In this document: positions 54,351 to 64,000 of the stretch, in pieces
How the letters are laid out: each line of letters begins with the position of its first letter
Numbering within the stretch: the first letter of the stretch is position 1
DNA from: Octopus vulgaris
Taxonomy: Eukaryota
DNA length: 64,000 nucleotides
Assembly: GCA_951406725.2 (NCBI GenBank)
Contig: OX597816.1
Location: 24,366,001 to 24,430,000 of the forward strand
Reading direction: 5' to 3'
The notes under the pieces: model-generated
Database searches by the model: none
What the model was told of the DNA's origin: nothing
Seen by the model: the letters and a program-made list of their open reading frames with translations, nothing else
Translations under genes and position numbers: made by a program

Positions 54351-56242
54351 CTTTTTTTTTTCTTCTTTCAAATTTGCTTCCATTTCTTGCCGAGTGTCTT
54401 CCCGACTCCTAGGGCAAAGAAACTCATAGTATACATTGGTAGGCCATTAAACCAAACTCAGTAGTTCGTTCATTTTTTTTTTTTTTTTTTTAAAGTTAAA
54501 TTAAAATACATGAGCAGCAACAGTTCTCACATCGACAATGCTCTTCTCAATACGTGTGATGTACCAGTTAAGACAATCTTTTGCACTTCTTGCAGGGATG
54601 GTAAGCCAGGGATCATTCTCATATAATTTTCGGTTCCCTTCTTGATCATTCCTAGTGCTCCTACGATCACTGGTATTGTAACCGCCTTGAGATGCCACAT
54701 TTTCTCAATTTCAATGAGTAGGTCTTTATATTTTCTGAGCTTGTCAAACTCTTTCGCTGAGATATTATGATCACAGGGGATGCTCATGTCGATCAATAAG
54801 CAAACTTTATTGTTTTGGTCTTTCACAACAATATCTGGTTTATTGGCCTTGATGGTTCGGTCTGTATGTACTGGAAAGTCCCACAGAATGGTTACATTTT
54901 CTCCTTCAGTTACAGCCTCAGGGTGGTGATTACACCACTTGTCGGCAGTTTTGATATTGTAATGCCGACTTATTAGCCAGTGGAGATATTGGCCAACTCT
55001 GTCATGTCTTAATTTATACTCCACTGGTGCTAAGACTTTACATCCAGAGATTAGGTGGTCCACTGTTTCAATCATGTCGTTGCAGAATCGGCATTTTGGG
55101 TCTGCTCCATTTTTCATCACATTGGCCTGGTAGTTCCGGGTTAATAGGCTTTGATCTTGAGCAGCCAGGATGAAACCTTCGCTCTCTGCTTTTAGCCCTG
55201 AGCTCCGTAGCCACTGATGGGTTTGCTTCTGGTCAACATCAGCTTGTTTGCTGCGGGTCACATATTTGCCGTGCAGAGGTTTCTCCTCCCACCTATCAGC
55301 CAATTGCTCGTGCGCTTTTTTCATTGCCATCATTTTCACCTTCTTTGCAACAATAGTTGCCGTACTTCCCTCGGGTTGTTCAGTTTGGGTATCCTGCACG
55401 AGATCAATAGCAAATTTTTTGCTTTCCTTTATGATAGAATGAAGCTTCTTTCGTCTCTCGTGATTTTCCACGAGCTTTAGCATCCAGTCATTCGATATTT
55501 CGAGATATTTGGCCAGTCCAATTGTGGTTGTTTTGTAAGCTAGTTCAAATTGGATCAGGCCTCGACCTCCTTGGGCTCTGGGAAGGTAAAGGCGATCTAC
55601 GTCTGCCTTTGGGTGGTGCATCCTATTACAACTCAGCAGCTTGCGTATTTTTCTATCTATATTCTTTACTTCACTCATATTCCAGTTCAACACATTGTAG
55701 CTATGAGTAACAACTGGAACTGCTAAGGAATTTATAGCTAACACCTTGTTACGTGCATTTAGTTCAGATTTCAGGACTGCACGAACTCTCCTATAACATT
55801 CCTTCCTGATTTTCTCTTTCATGCTTGCATGCTGAATACCAGAGCCTTCATTTATCCCTAAATATTTGTATGTTTGTTCTTGCTCAAGCTCTCTTATGAC
55901 TGTGTCAACATCTAACACGACTGAATTTGTGGTCTTCACTTTCCCTTTCTGGAAAGTGGCCTTGGCACACTTCTCAAGTCCAAACTCCATCCTGATGTCA
56001 TCGCTGAATGCTTTCACGGTGCGCAATAGGCCTTCAAGTTCATTATTGTCTTTACCATAAAGTTTTAAGTCATCCATATAAAATAGATGGTTTATTTTTT
56101 TATTGGCAATTTTATACCCATACCCTGCTTCTGTTTAATTCACGTGTAAGGGGTATTAGGGATTTACAGAATATTAAAGGTGAAAGTGAGTCACCTTGAA
56201 AAATTCCACAGTTGATGTTTATATTTTCTGAGGCAAGTACTC

Positions 56243-56245
<3 letters not shown>
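54351..56245 (-). mobile_element. 5'-truncated R4/Dong-clade non-LTR retrotransposon, subfamily B
   Basis: RT from GIFQGDSLSP (one frameshift near 56125) through YMDD; 3' UTR 54351-54526; (TAA)n on both sides. Confidence 0.9.
54527..56077 (-). CDS. Reverse transcriptase C-terminal part + CCHC zinc knuckle + restriction-like endonuclease (R4/Dong LINE), partial
   Basis: 516-aa open frame: MDDLKLY, YKYLG, LYLPRAQGGRGL, CRFC..ETVDHLISGC, RHD, KPDIVV..LIDMSIP, K..KY. Confidence 0.9.
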   Translation of the reverse strand: MDDLKLYGKDNNELEGLLRTVKAFSDDIRMEFGLEKCAKATFQKGKVKTTNSVVLDVDTVIRELEQEQTYKYLGINEGSGIQHASMKEKIRKECYRRVRAVLKSELNARNKVLAINSLAVPVVTHSYNVLNWNMSEVKNIDRKIRKLLSCNRMHHPKADVDRLYLPRAQGGRGLIQFELAYKTTTIGLAKYLEISNDWMLKLVENHERRKKLHSIIKESKKFAIDLVQDTQTEQPEGSTATIVAKKVKMMAMKKAHEQLADRWEEKPLHGKYVTRSKQADVDQKQTHQWLRSSGLKAESEGFILAAQDQSLLTRNYQANVMKNGADPKCRFCNDMIETVDHLISGCKVLAPVEYKLRHDRVGQYLHWLISRHYNIKTADKWCNHHPEAVTEGENVTILWDFPVHTDRTIKANKPDIVVKDQNNKVCLLIDMSIPCDHNISAKEFDKLRKYKDLLIEIEKMWHLKAVTIPVIVGALGMIKKGTENYMRMIPGLPSLQEVQKIVLTGTSHVLRRALSM

Positions 56246-56297
<52 letters not shown>

Positions 56298-56837
56298 GAG
56301 TGAGAGAGCCGTGCATGCCATCAAAGTGACACTGGGTTAAAATATACGAAGCCCAGTATACCCATCATGACTACCCGTCTAATAAGGGTACACCAGGCAC
56401 ATGCATCACAACCAAATGTGCGCGACATGGTGATCTCATATCAAGATAAACAGCACATGACCTTGCAGGTGGGGCCCAGTTAGAATTTTCTTCTTGTCGA
56501 GTAGCCCATCCCGCTCAAAAGGTCCCTGAATAAGGATTGTTTAAGGATGTTTCCAAAGGTGAATTAGTCAAACCTCTAAGAATTCCTTTCAACACACGGC
56601 TATGATGCTCCCCAACTACTTCTACTTGTGATCAGAGATGCACATATCGCCAGCCACTAAGGGACATGGTCAAGTGGTTAACGTCAAACAACTGACAAGC
56701 AAATCTGTGGCATGGAGCAGAGTATTTGCGGTAGCCCGTCTTTTATACGAATACAAAACAATGTACATGATAACACTTCCAATCAGTTAAGATCAGAAGC
56801 CACGAGAGCCACTGCCTGGCACTGCATCAGGGCATTT
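56298..56837 (-). mobile_element. ~540-bp (TAA)n-inserted element, copy 3
   Basis: End-to-end match to 1470-2011. Confidence 0.85.
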
Positions 56838-56878
56838 ATCATCATCATCATCGTCATCATCATCATCATTATTATTAT

Positions 56879-57230
56879 GTTTTTTCCTTCTTTCTTCAAA
56901 TTTTCTTCCGTTTCTCGCCGTGTGTTTTCCGTACACCTAGGACAGAGAAGCTCATTGTATACATTCCCAGATTACACGCGCAAATTCACAGATAAAATAT
57001 GTATTTAAAAATTAATAAATAAATTCATGGATGGGTGTTGTTTGCACAGCGATAATGCTCTTCTCAGTGCATGAGCCGTTCTAGTTAATACGATTTTTTG
57101 CACTTCCTGTAGGGATGGTAAGCCTGGAATCATTTTCAAATAGATTTCAGTACCTTTTTTTATCATTCCTAGAGATCCTACAATTACTGGTACTGTAGTC
57201 GCCTTGAAATGCCACATTTTTTTCAATTTC

Positions 57231-57231
<1 letters not shown>
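56879..57231 (-). mobile_element. R4/Dong LINE 3' end, subfamily C
   Basis: KMWHFKATTVPVIVGSLGMIKKGTE..IPGLPSLQEVQKIVL, a close paralog of the 54527 ORF end; (TAA)n flanks. Confidence 0.85.
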
Positions 57232-57286
<55 letters not shown>

Positions 57287-57287
<1 letters not shown>

Positions 57288-57490
57288 GGCTGCGAGCTGG
57301 CAGAATCGCTGATATGCCGGTTAAAATGGTTAACGACATTTGGTCCGTCTTTGCGTTCTGAGTTCAAATTCAACCGAGGTCGACTTTACCTTTCATCCTT
57401 TCGGGGCTGATAAATTAAGTACCAGTGTAACACAGGGGTCGATGTAATCGACTAGTCCCCTTCCCCCAAAATTTCAGTAGTAGAAAGGAT
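57287..57490 (+). mobile_element. SINE family M in the ATT tract (others at 52686-52877, 58830-59045)
   Basis: Consensus match. Confidence 0.85.
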
Positions 57491-58194
57491 TATTATATAG
57501 TAGAAACGATCATCATCATCATCATCATCATCATCTGCTGCTGCTGCTGCTGCAGTCTCTAGAAAAGTTAATTCGAGTTTCACGTCACCCATTAATTCAC
57601 ACGGTTGAAAATAAGAATTGGTTTGACAATATATAAGTAAACAAAATATATTCGCAAACAAATTCGAAGTGTGATTAGTCATAGAGATTCGATCAGTTGC
57701 CGGAATAAACCTTTAGAGAAACCACCATACATTCATCTTTTCAGTTACATTCGACGTATCCGCTATTCACACGAAAAAGAAAGAAAAGACGTAGTATTTT
57801 CAAATCTATATGATTAGTAACTAATGATATTTCGATGTTAGTGTGATTACGAATATTTATATATATATACACTACACCATACAACATTACACATCCCCAC
57901 ACACCCACAGCACACCACCCACACACCCATCCGCACATCTTTACACCTACACATACATACACATATCACATCACAACACACCACCCACACACCCATCCCC
58001 ACATCTCCACACCCACACATACATACACACACACGTCCAGACCACCAGCCCTCTTTCACACGCACATACATACTCTCTTATACACACACGAACCTTTGTG
58101 TTGGGGGCACCTTCGTATTGGAAGTCACTTGACCCTGTTATCTCCCCTACTGTCCTTCTTGCGTCTGACCACTGTCCGAAGTCAGGACGCCATG

Positions 58195-58374
58195 ATAGAT
58201 CGTTAGCTCCTACACGCATTTTTTCTCTCTCCTTGTTTTTTCTGTGTATCTTTCTGTCGAAGAGCGTAGGCTCGAAACGTAAAAGACTTTTTCTATTCCT
58301 GAGCGCTATACTAATACATTTGTTTGTTTGTACTCCACCTGCCTTCGTCTTTTGTTTATTTTCGTAAACTTTCC

Positions 58375-58385
<11 letters not shown>
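58195..58385 (+). mobile_element. Family P1 copy with hammerhead motif (58249-58286)
   Basis: TCTTT-CTGTCGA-A-GAGC(GTAG)GCTC-GAAA-CG-TA-AAAGA; 3' end joins (TA)n. Confidence 0.75.
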
Positions 58386-58409
<24 letters not shown>

Positions 58410-58411
<2 letters not shown>

Positions 58412-60060
58412 CATAATGTAGTAGATCTGGTTGGTACCCATCCATGGTTGCAGACACTGTTGATTGTTAGGATCACCGTACCACAGCTCTCATCAGCCAC
58501 ACCAGCACGATCATGGTGAGAATTCTGCTGAAGAAAATGGAACGAAATGCCGAACTGCAATTCGTGGAGGTATAGATGAGGTTTTGTAAGGGAGAGGGCA
58601 CCAGAAACTAGACTTTTTATATCAGGATCCTCATCAGAAGAAACTCAAGGAACATAATGTTCCATTATACGTGGCATTTATCTAGCATTCCACTTTGTGG
58701 GAAAATGTTACAGATAATAGAAATCGAAAATTCTGCAGTTGACAAACTGTACATTGGTCAACAGTTATTATAGGGGATCGCGAGCATACAGACGGGTTTA
58801 ACCTCAGGAAAGGAGTTTGGAAAGGATATATTCTTTTCTATTCTGGGCACAAGACCCGAAAGTTTTTATGAGGGGACCACTTGATTAGATCGACTCCAGT
58901 ACGCAACTGGCATTTAATTCATCGACCCCGAAAGAATAAAGGGTAAAGTCAACCTCGGCGGAATTTGAACTCAGAACGTTAAGACAGACGAAATAACGCC
59001 AAGCATTTCGCCCGGCGTGTTAACGATTCTGCCAGCTCGCCACCTTTTTTAGCAAGGTTATATTGTTTCACCTCTGGTGAGTTCATCTGTAATGATCTCG
59101 GCTGGGTCAGTGTATGCATTAGTGGCTGACAGCCTGTGTTATGCTGATGATCACTACCTTATCAGCAGCGTGCTGATTGCTGGCTGAACTCCAGATTCTG
59201 ATTGACAAACTTAGTTGAGTTTCTGGCGAGTTTCAACTGGAAATGTGGAGGCGCGTGGCTTAGTGGTTAGGGTTTCAGCACCATGATCGTAAGATTGTGG
59301 TTTCGATTCCTGGACCGGGCGATGAGTTGTGTTCTTCAGCAAAACACTTCATTTCACGTTGCTCCAGTCCACTCAGCTGGCAAAAATGAGTAACGCTGCG
59401 ATGGACTGGCGTCCCGTCCAGCTGGAGAACACATATGCCATAGAAACCGGGAAACCGGGCCCATGAGCCTGGCTAGGCTTTAAAAGGGCAATTTATTAGT
59501 GAAAGCGCGTGGGTTAGTGGTTGGGGTTTCAGCATCATGATCGTAAGATTGTGGTTTCGATTCCTGGACCGGGCGACGCGTTGTGTTCTTGAGCAAAGCA
59601 CTTCATTTCACGTTGCTCTAGTCCACTCAGCTGTCAAAAATGAGTAACGCTGCTATGGACTGGCGTCCCGTCCAGCTGGGAGCACATACGCCATAGAAAC
59701 CGGGAAAGCGGGCCCATGAACCTGGCTAGGCTTTAAAAGGGCGCATTTATTTTATTTATTTTCAACTGAAAATCACTACCAAAAGACCAAGTTCATTGCA
59801 GCCCTGGGTAACCAGTGCAGCTCATCCTGCGACGCCAAGGGACCACGCTAGCCCAGGTTGACAAATTCAAGTACCTGGACCTCAATGTTGACTAAACAGC
59901 CGGCAGCAGTCAAGAAATCAGCGAAAGTCTTGCTGCAGGACGATCAACCCTGAAGTCACTCGATACAATATGGACCTCAGCAAAATCAAGCTGAACCTTC
60001 TAAATACCCTGGTCTGGTCAATAGCGTTATATGGGTGTGAAGCAGAGGTGTTAAGGGTCT
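58410..60060 (+). pseudogene. Highly decayed RTE-like RT fragments interrupted by SINEs
   Basis: FNLRKGV, LCYADD, QVDKFKYL and LLNTLVWSIALYGCE fragments in the expected order. Confidence 0.55.
59246..59745 (+). mobile_element. Tandem dimer of SINE family R (H1+T2)
   Basis: Two ~250-bp near-identical units head-to-tail. Confidence 0.9.
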
Positions 60061-60445
60061 TTGCCTTACTCCCATACAGATTGTTTTAATGTTTAACAGA
60101 GAAAAAACAGCGTTTAGTCATGTGGTTTACAACACATTCACGTACACATAAATACGCGTGCCAGCGCGCACACAGATTTACGCATATATATATGTATATA
60201 TATCACGTGATCACGTGATCGACCAGACCATCAGATCTTGTTACACATCGCTGGTCACAATGCGTTCGCATTGTTTTAGCCTTTAAATGACGCCACTCCG
60301 CTGGCTAAGCGAGCAGTCCAATATGTATATATACACACACACACATATATAAATGCACACATGTACATGTGTATGTGTGTGTGTGAATATGTGTGCATGT
60401 ATATAATATATACATACATACATATATATATGTATATATATATGT

Positions 60446-60489
<44 letters not shown>

Positions 60490-60699
60490 GTACACACACA
60501 CGCACACATGCGCATACACATATATATATTTACTGGCTGTGTGGTAAGTAGCTTGCTCCCCCACCACATGGTTCCAGGAACAGTCCCAACTGCGTGGCAC
60601 CATGGGAAAGTGTTTTCTTCTATAGCCTCGGGCCGACCAAAGCCTTGTGAATGGATTTGGTTGAAGGAAACTGAAAGAAGCCCGTCGAATATATGTATA

Positions 60700-60734
<35 letters not shown>

Positions 60735-61911
60735 CTGTGTTTGTCCCCCCACCATCGCTTGACAACCGATGTTGGTGTGTTTACGTCTCCGTAACTTAGC
60801 GGTTCGGCAAAAGAGAACGATAGAATAAGTACTAGGCTTACAAAGAGTAAGTCCTGAAATCGATGCTCCAGCATGGCCACATTCAGATGACTAAAACAAG
60901 TAAAGGAATAAATAAAAATACAGTATACGTATATAGAGAGACAGCGAGAGAGAGAGACACACACACACACATACCCACAGAGGAAGAGAAAGTTGGTGGG
61001 GGGACGCATAGACGGACGCATAGACAGACACACAGACAGACAAAGAGTGAAAACAGATGGCAGCAGATATCGATCATTTATTTAGTAACTCGGCAACAAA
61101 ATTCAGCAAATAACAATTTAAAGACAAAAAAAAAATTGTGCAATATTTTAATTTTATTGTTGATGTATTTATTACAAAAATGAAGAACAAAAAAAAACAC
61201 GAACAAATACCATATTTTACTCTTCCGTATATTTCCAACTCTTGATTTGATCGATACCGATATCTTTCCAGTATTAGAATAATGCAACACAGTTTAAAAG
61301 GTGGAGTTCGATAATCGATTATATAAGCAACACCCGGTGCTTTGCCGTGTCCTTATTTTATCGACTCTTGAGAGTAAGAGATTAAAGACAGACTTTTGTG
61401 AGAATGTGAACTTCAGAATTTGATAAATAAGCAAGTGAACATTGCAAGCACGGCTGTGTGGTTAAGAAGCTTGCTTTGCAACCATGTGGTTTTGAGTTCA
61501 GTCTCACTGCGCAGCATCTTTCGAGAGTTGTCTTCCATTGGGTCATCCCATAAATAATGCGGTTCTTTTTTTTTTTGTACTTATTCTGATGACGGAATGC
61601 CCAGTGTACAGAGATGCTAATCTATCACTTGGGATATCCAAGGAACAGCTGTAAGACATCCAATAATTAATTAATTAATTTAATCACTTCAAACTCATCT
61701 TACTCTAATGAAATATTCTAAACGACTTGGTTTTTGTTGTCCATTTTCCTCTAATATACCTGCTAACTCGGAAGCCTACAACGGAACCCTAGCTCCAGCG
61801 TCAGCTGTGAACTTCGAACCTAACGGACGACCAATTATAGCGTAATTATGCGTTCGTTTGGATCACCAGTGAACTAAACCCCTTATATTCTCTCTATATC
61901 TCTCTCTCCCT

Positions 61912-61960
<49 letters not shown>

Positions 61961-62039
61961 GATAAATAAAAATATATAAAAATATATGCATACATACAAA
62001 CATATATGTACGTACCTACATCTACAAGTATATATACAT

Positions 62040-62820
62040 GCATATATAAATAATTATACGTGAGTACAGGACACTACAATAAGACGTAGAAACGAGAAAA
62101 ACAAAAAAAAACAAAAAAAACAAGAAAACGAAAAAACAAAAAAAAACAAGAAAACGAAAAAAACAGTTACAGGACGAGCTACACAAGGAAAAAAACCCCG
62201 TCACCAGCTGTCGCTAGTAGAGTCAAGCATGTTTCGAAGGCAGAGACAGAACACTAATCCATAGGCCTTCCTGCGAGAGAATTAAAATAAAATTCCAAGC
62301 AGCGGGGCAAAATGAGTACGAACACGAACAGGACGTAACAATAAAACTGCAAAAATAAAAATACATGTACAAAAAATACAAATAATTACAAAACGAGAAA
62401 ATAAAAAGAGAATACGATACAGGAAATCAAACACACAAGAGGACGAACGAAAAAGCCTTTTTTTCTGGCATAGACAAATAATAAAACTGCAAAAATAAAA
62501 ATACATGTACAAAAAATACAAATAATTACAAAACGAGAAAATAAAGAGAGAATACGATACAGGAAATCAAACACACAAGAGGACGAACGAAAAAGCCTTT
62601 TTTTCTGGCATAGACAAACAATAAAACTGCAAAAATAAAAATACATGTACAAAAAATACAAATAATTACAAAACGAGAAAATAAAGAGAGAATACGATAC
62701 AGGAAATCAAACACACAAGAGGACGAACGAAAAAGCCTTTTTTTGGCATAGACGAAGGATACTGTGGCAGCGCGTGGAGGCAGTCTTTTCAGTAGTAAGA
62801 GCAACGTGTAAAAGAAATTT
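62040..62820 (-). mobile_element. Family P3 element containing a 3 x 140-bp tandem repeat (62341-62753)
   Basis: ATAAAACTGC at 62341, 62481, 62621; homology to 37790-38035. Confidence 0.7.
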
Positions 62821-63703
62821 TATTTTATAGTGAGGGGTGTATGAAAAGTTTTGAGCCTCATCAGGAGTCTTGTTCCATGTTTTGCTTTTTTGAGGCTCTA
62901 GACTTTTTATACACACTTTGTATATATGTATATATATATAAGGATAAGATGGTTATTTAAATACCGATGTATATATATATATGTGGCGATTCCGGCACTC
63001 GGGCTGTTCGAGCTTAGCCTGAGTATAAATTTAATAAGGTGAGCGTGTATTTGCAAGCTGATTTAATTTCTACCAGCACTGACTTCAAGTATGTAATTGC
63101 AGCCAATAACTCGGGCTCCTTTTATTGAGCCTGGTTGCAGTTTAGCGTCTGGCGATCGTCTTAGAGGTACCCTGTGTCAAAAAATATTCGTAGCAGACGT
63201 TCTTTCGACATCATTCACACGCGCCTGACTCGGTTTCAGAAGTCACAGCCCGAGTTGTTATCTATGATTGTAAAGACAAAATGCAATTCAAATTCAATGT
63301 TTTCTTGAAACTATAAATTTCTATAGAGAATCTACGAAAAGTTTTCGTTCTAAAATATTCTTAAAGGAACGAAAAATTACTCAGCAACTCGGTATAAAAG
63401 ACTAACTGTCATCTCTTGTCAAGAGTACAGGCGACAGTTAGATCGCTGATGCTTGTTGTGCACTCTGCGGTCGTAATTTGTCGTTATTCTGTGCGCCTGT
63501 GTGTAAAGATCAGTTGAGTTTTGCAGGGTTTTAGTTTTACCCATAACTTAGAAATGAAGAAAGACATAGTGTTAGATATAAAAAAAAATAAATAAGCCAT
63601 TTGGGGCTAGAAAAAAAGTGGGAAAAATATGAAATTCTTCAAGTGTCTTATGCGGTATCTGTGATGAGCCCGAGTGACACTAATGACTTGGAGTCGCCTC
63701 TGG

Positions 63704-63764
<61 letters not shown>

Positions 63765-63932
63765 GAACGAATCATTTCGCTATAATTGGTCACCCGTTAG
63801 GTTCGAAGTTCACAGCTGAGGCTGGAGCTAGGGTTCCGTTGTAGGCTTCCGAGTTAGCAGGTACTAGCACTATAATCCGGCTTTGCCGCAGTATAAGCAG
63901 TAGCTGCATTATTATTATTATTATTATTTAAA

Positions 63933-63971
<39 letters not shown>

Positions 63972-64000
63972 CCTTTCTACTATAGGCACAGAAACGAGTA

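Noticed and set aside
61536-61570. Mariner-like TIR fragments (also ~62830)
   Set aside because: No matching second TIR or transposase sequence nearby.
62341-62753. Regular repeat array as a possible CRISPR
   Set aside because: Contiguous 140-bp units with no unique spacers, no cas genes, eukaryotic context.

Overview
AT-rich, repeat-saturated eukaryotic non-coding DNA, either a large intron or an intergenic region. The SINE and microsatellite content strongly suggests a cephalopod (Octopus-type) genome; this is an inference. No host protein-coding exon is evident, and most ORFs in the track are microsatellite read-throughs. The window contains: three abundant tRNA-derived SINE groups with swapped heads and tails; one near-intact 5'-truncated R4/Dong-clade LINE (RT + restriction-like endonuclease) inside a stack of elements in a (TAA)n tract; a decayed mariner; a non-autonomous Helitron; MITEs; and remnants of Gypsy, RTE, CR1, L1/Tx1 and Penelope-like (PLE) elements. 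Most notable: (1) at least 8 minimal type-I hammerhead-ribozyme motifs in short non-coding PLE-terminus-like repeats, including one family with a fixed non-canonical CUGUNGA core; (2) a fixed-length ~540-bp non-coding element found only in (TAA)n-type tracts; (3) repeated local templated duplications and inversions next to microsatellites; (4) a candidate 2-nt microexon. All calls were made by eye, without database searches.
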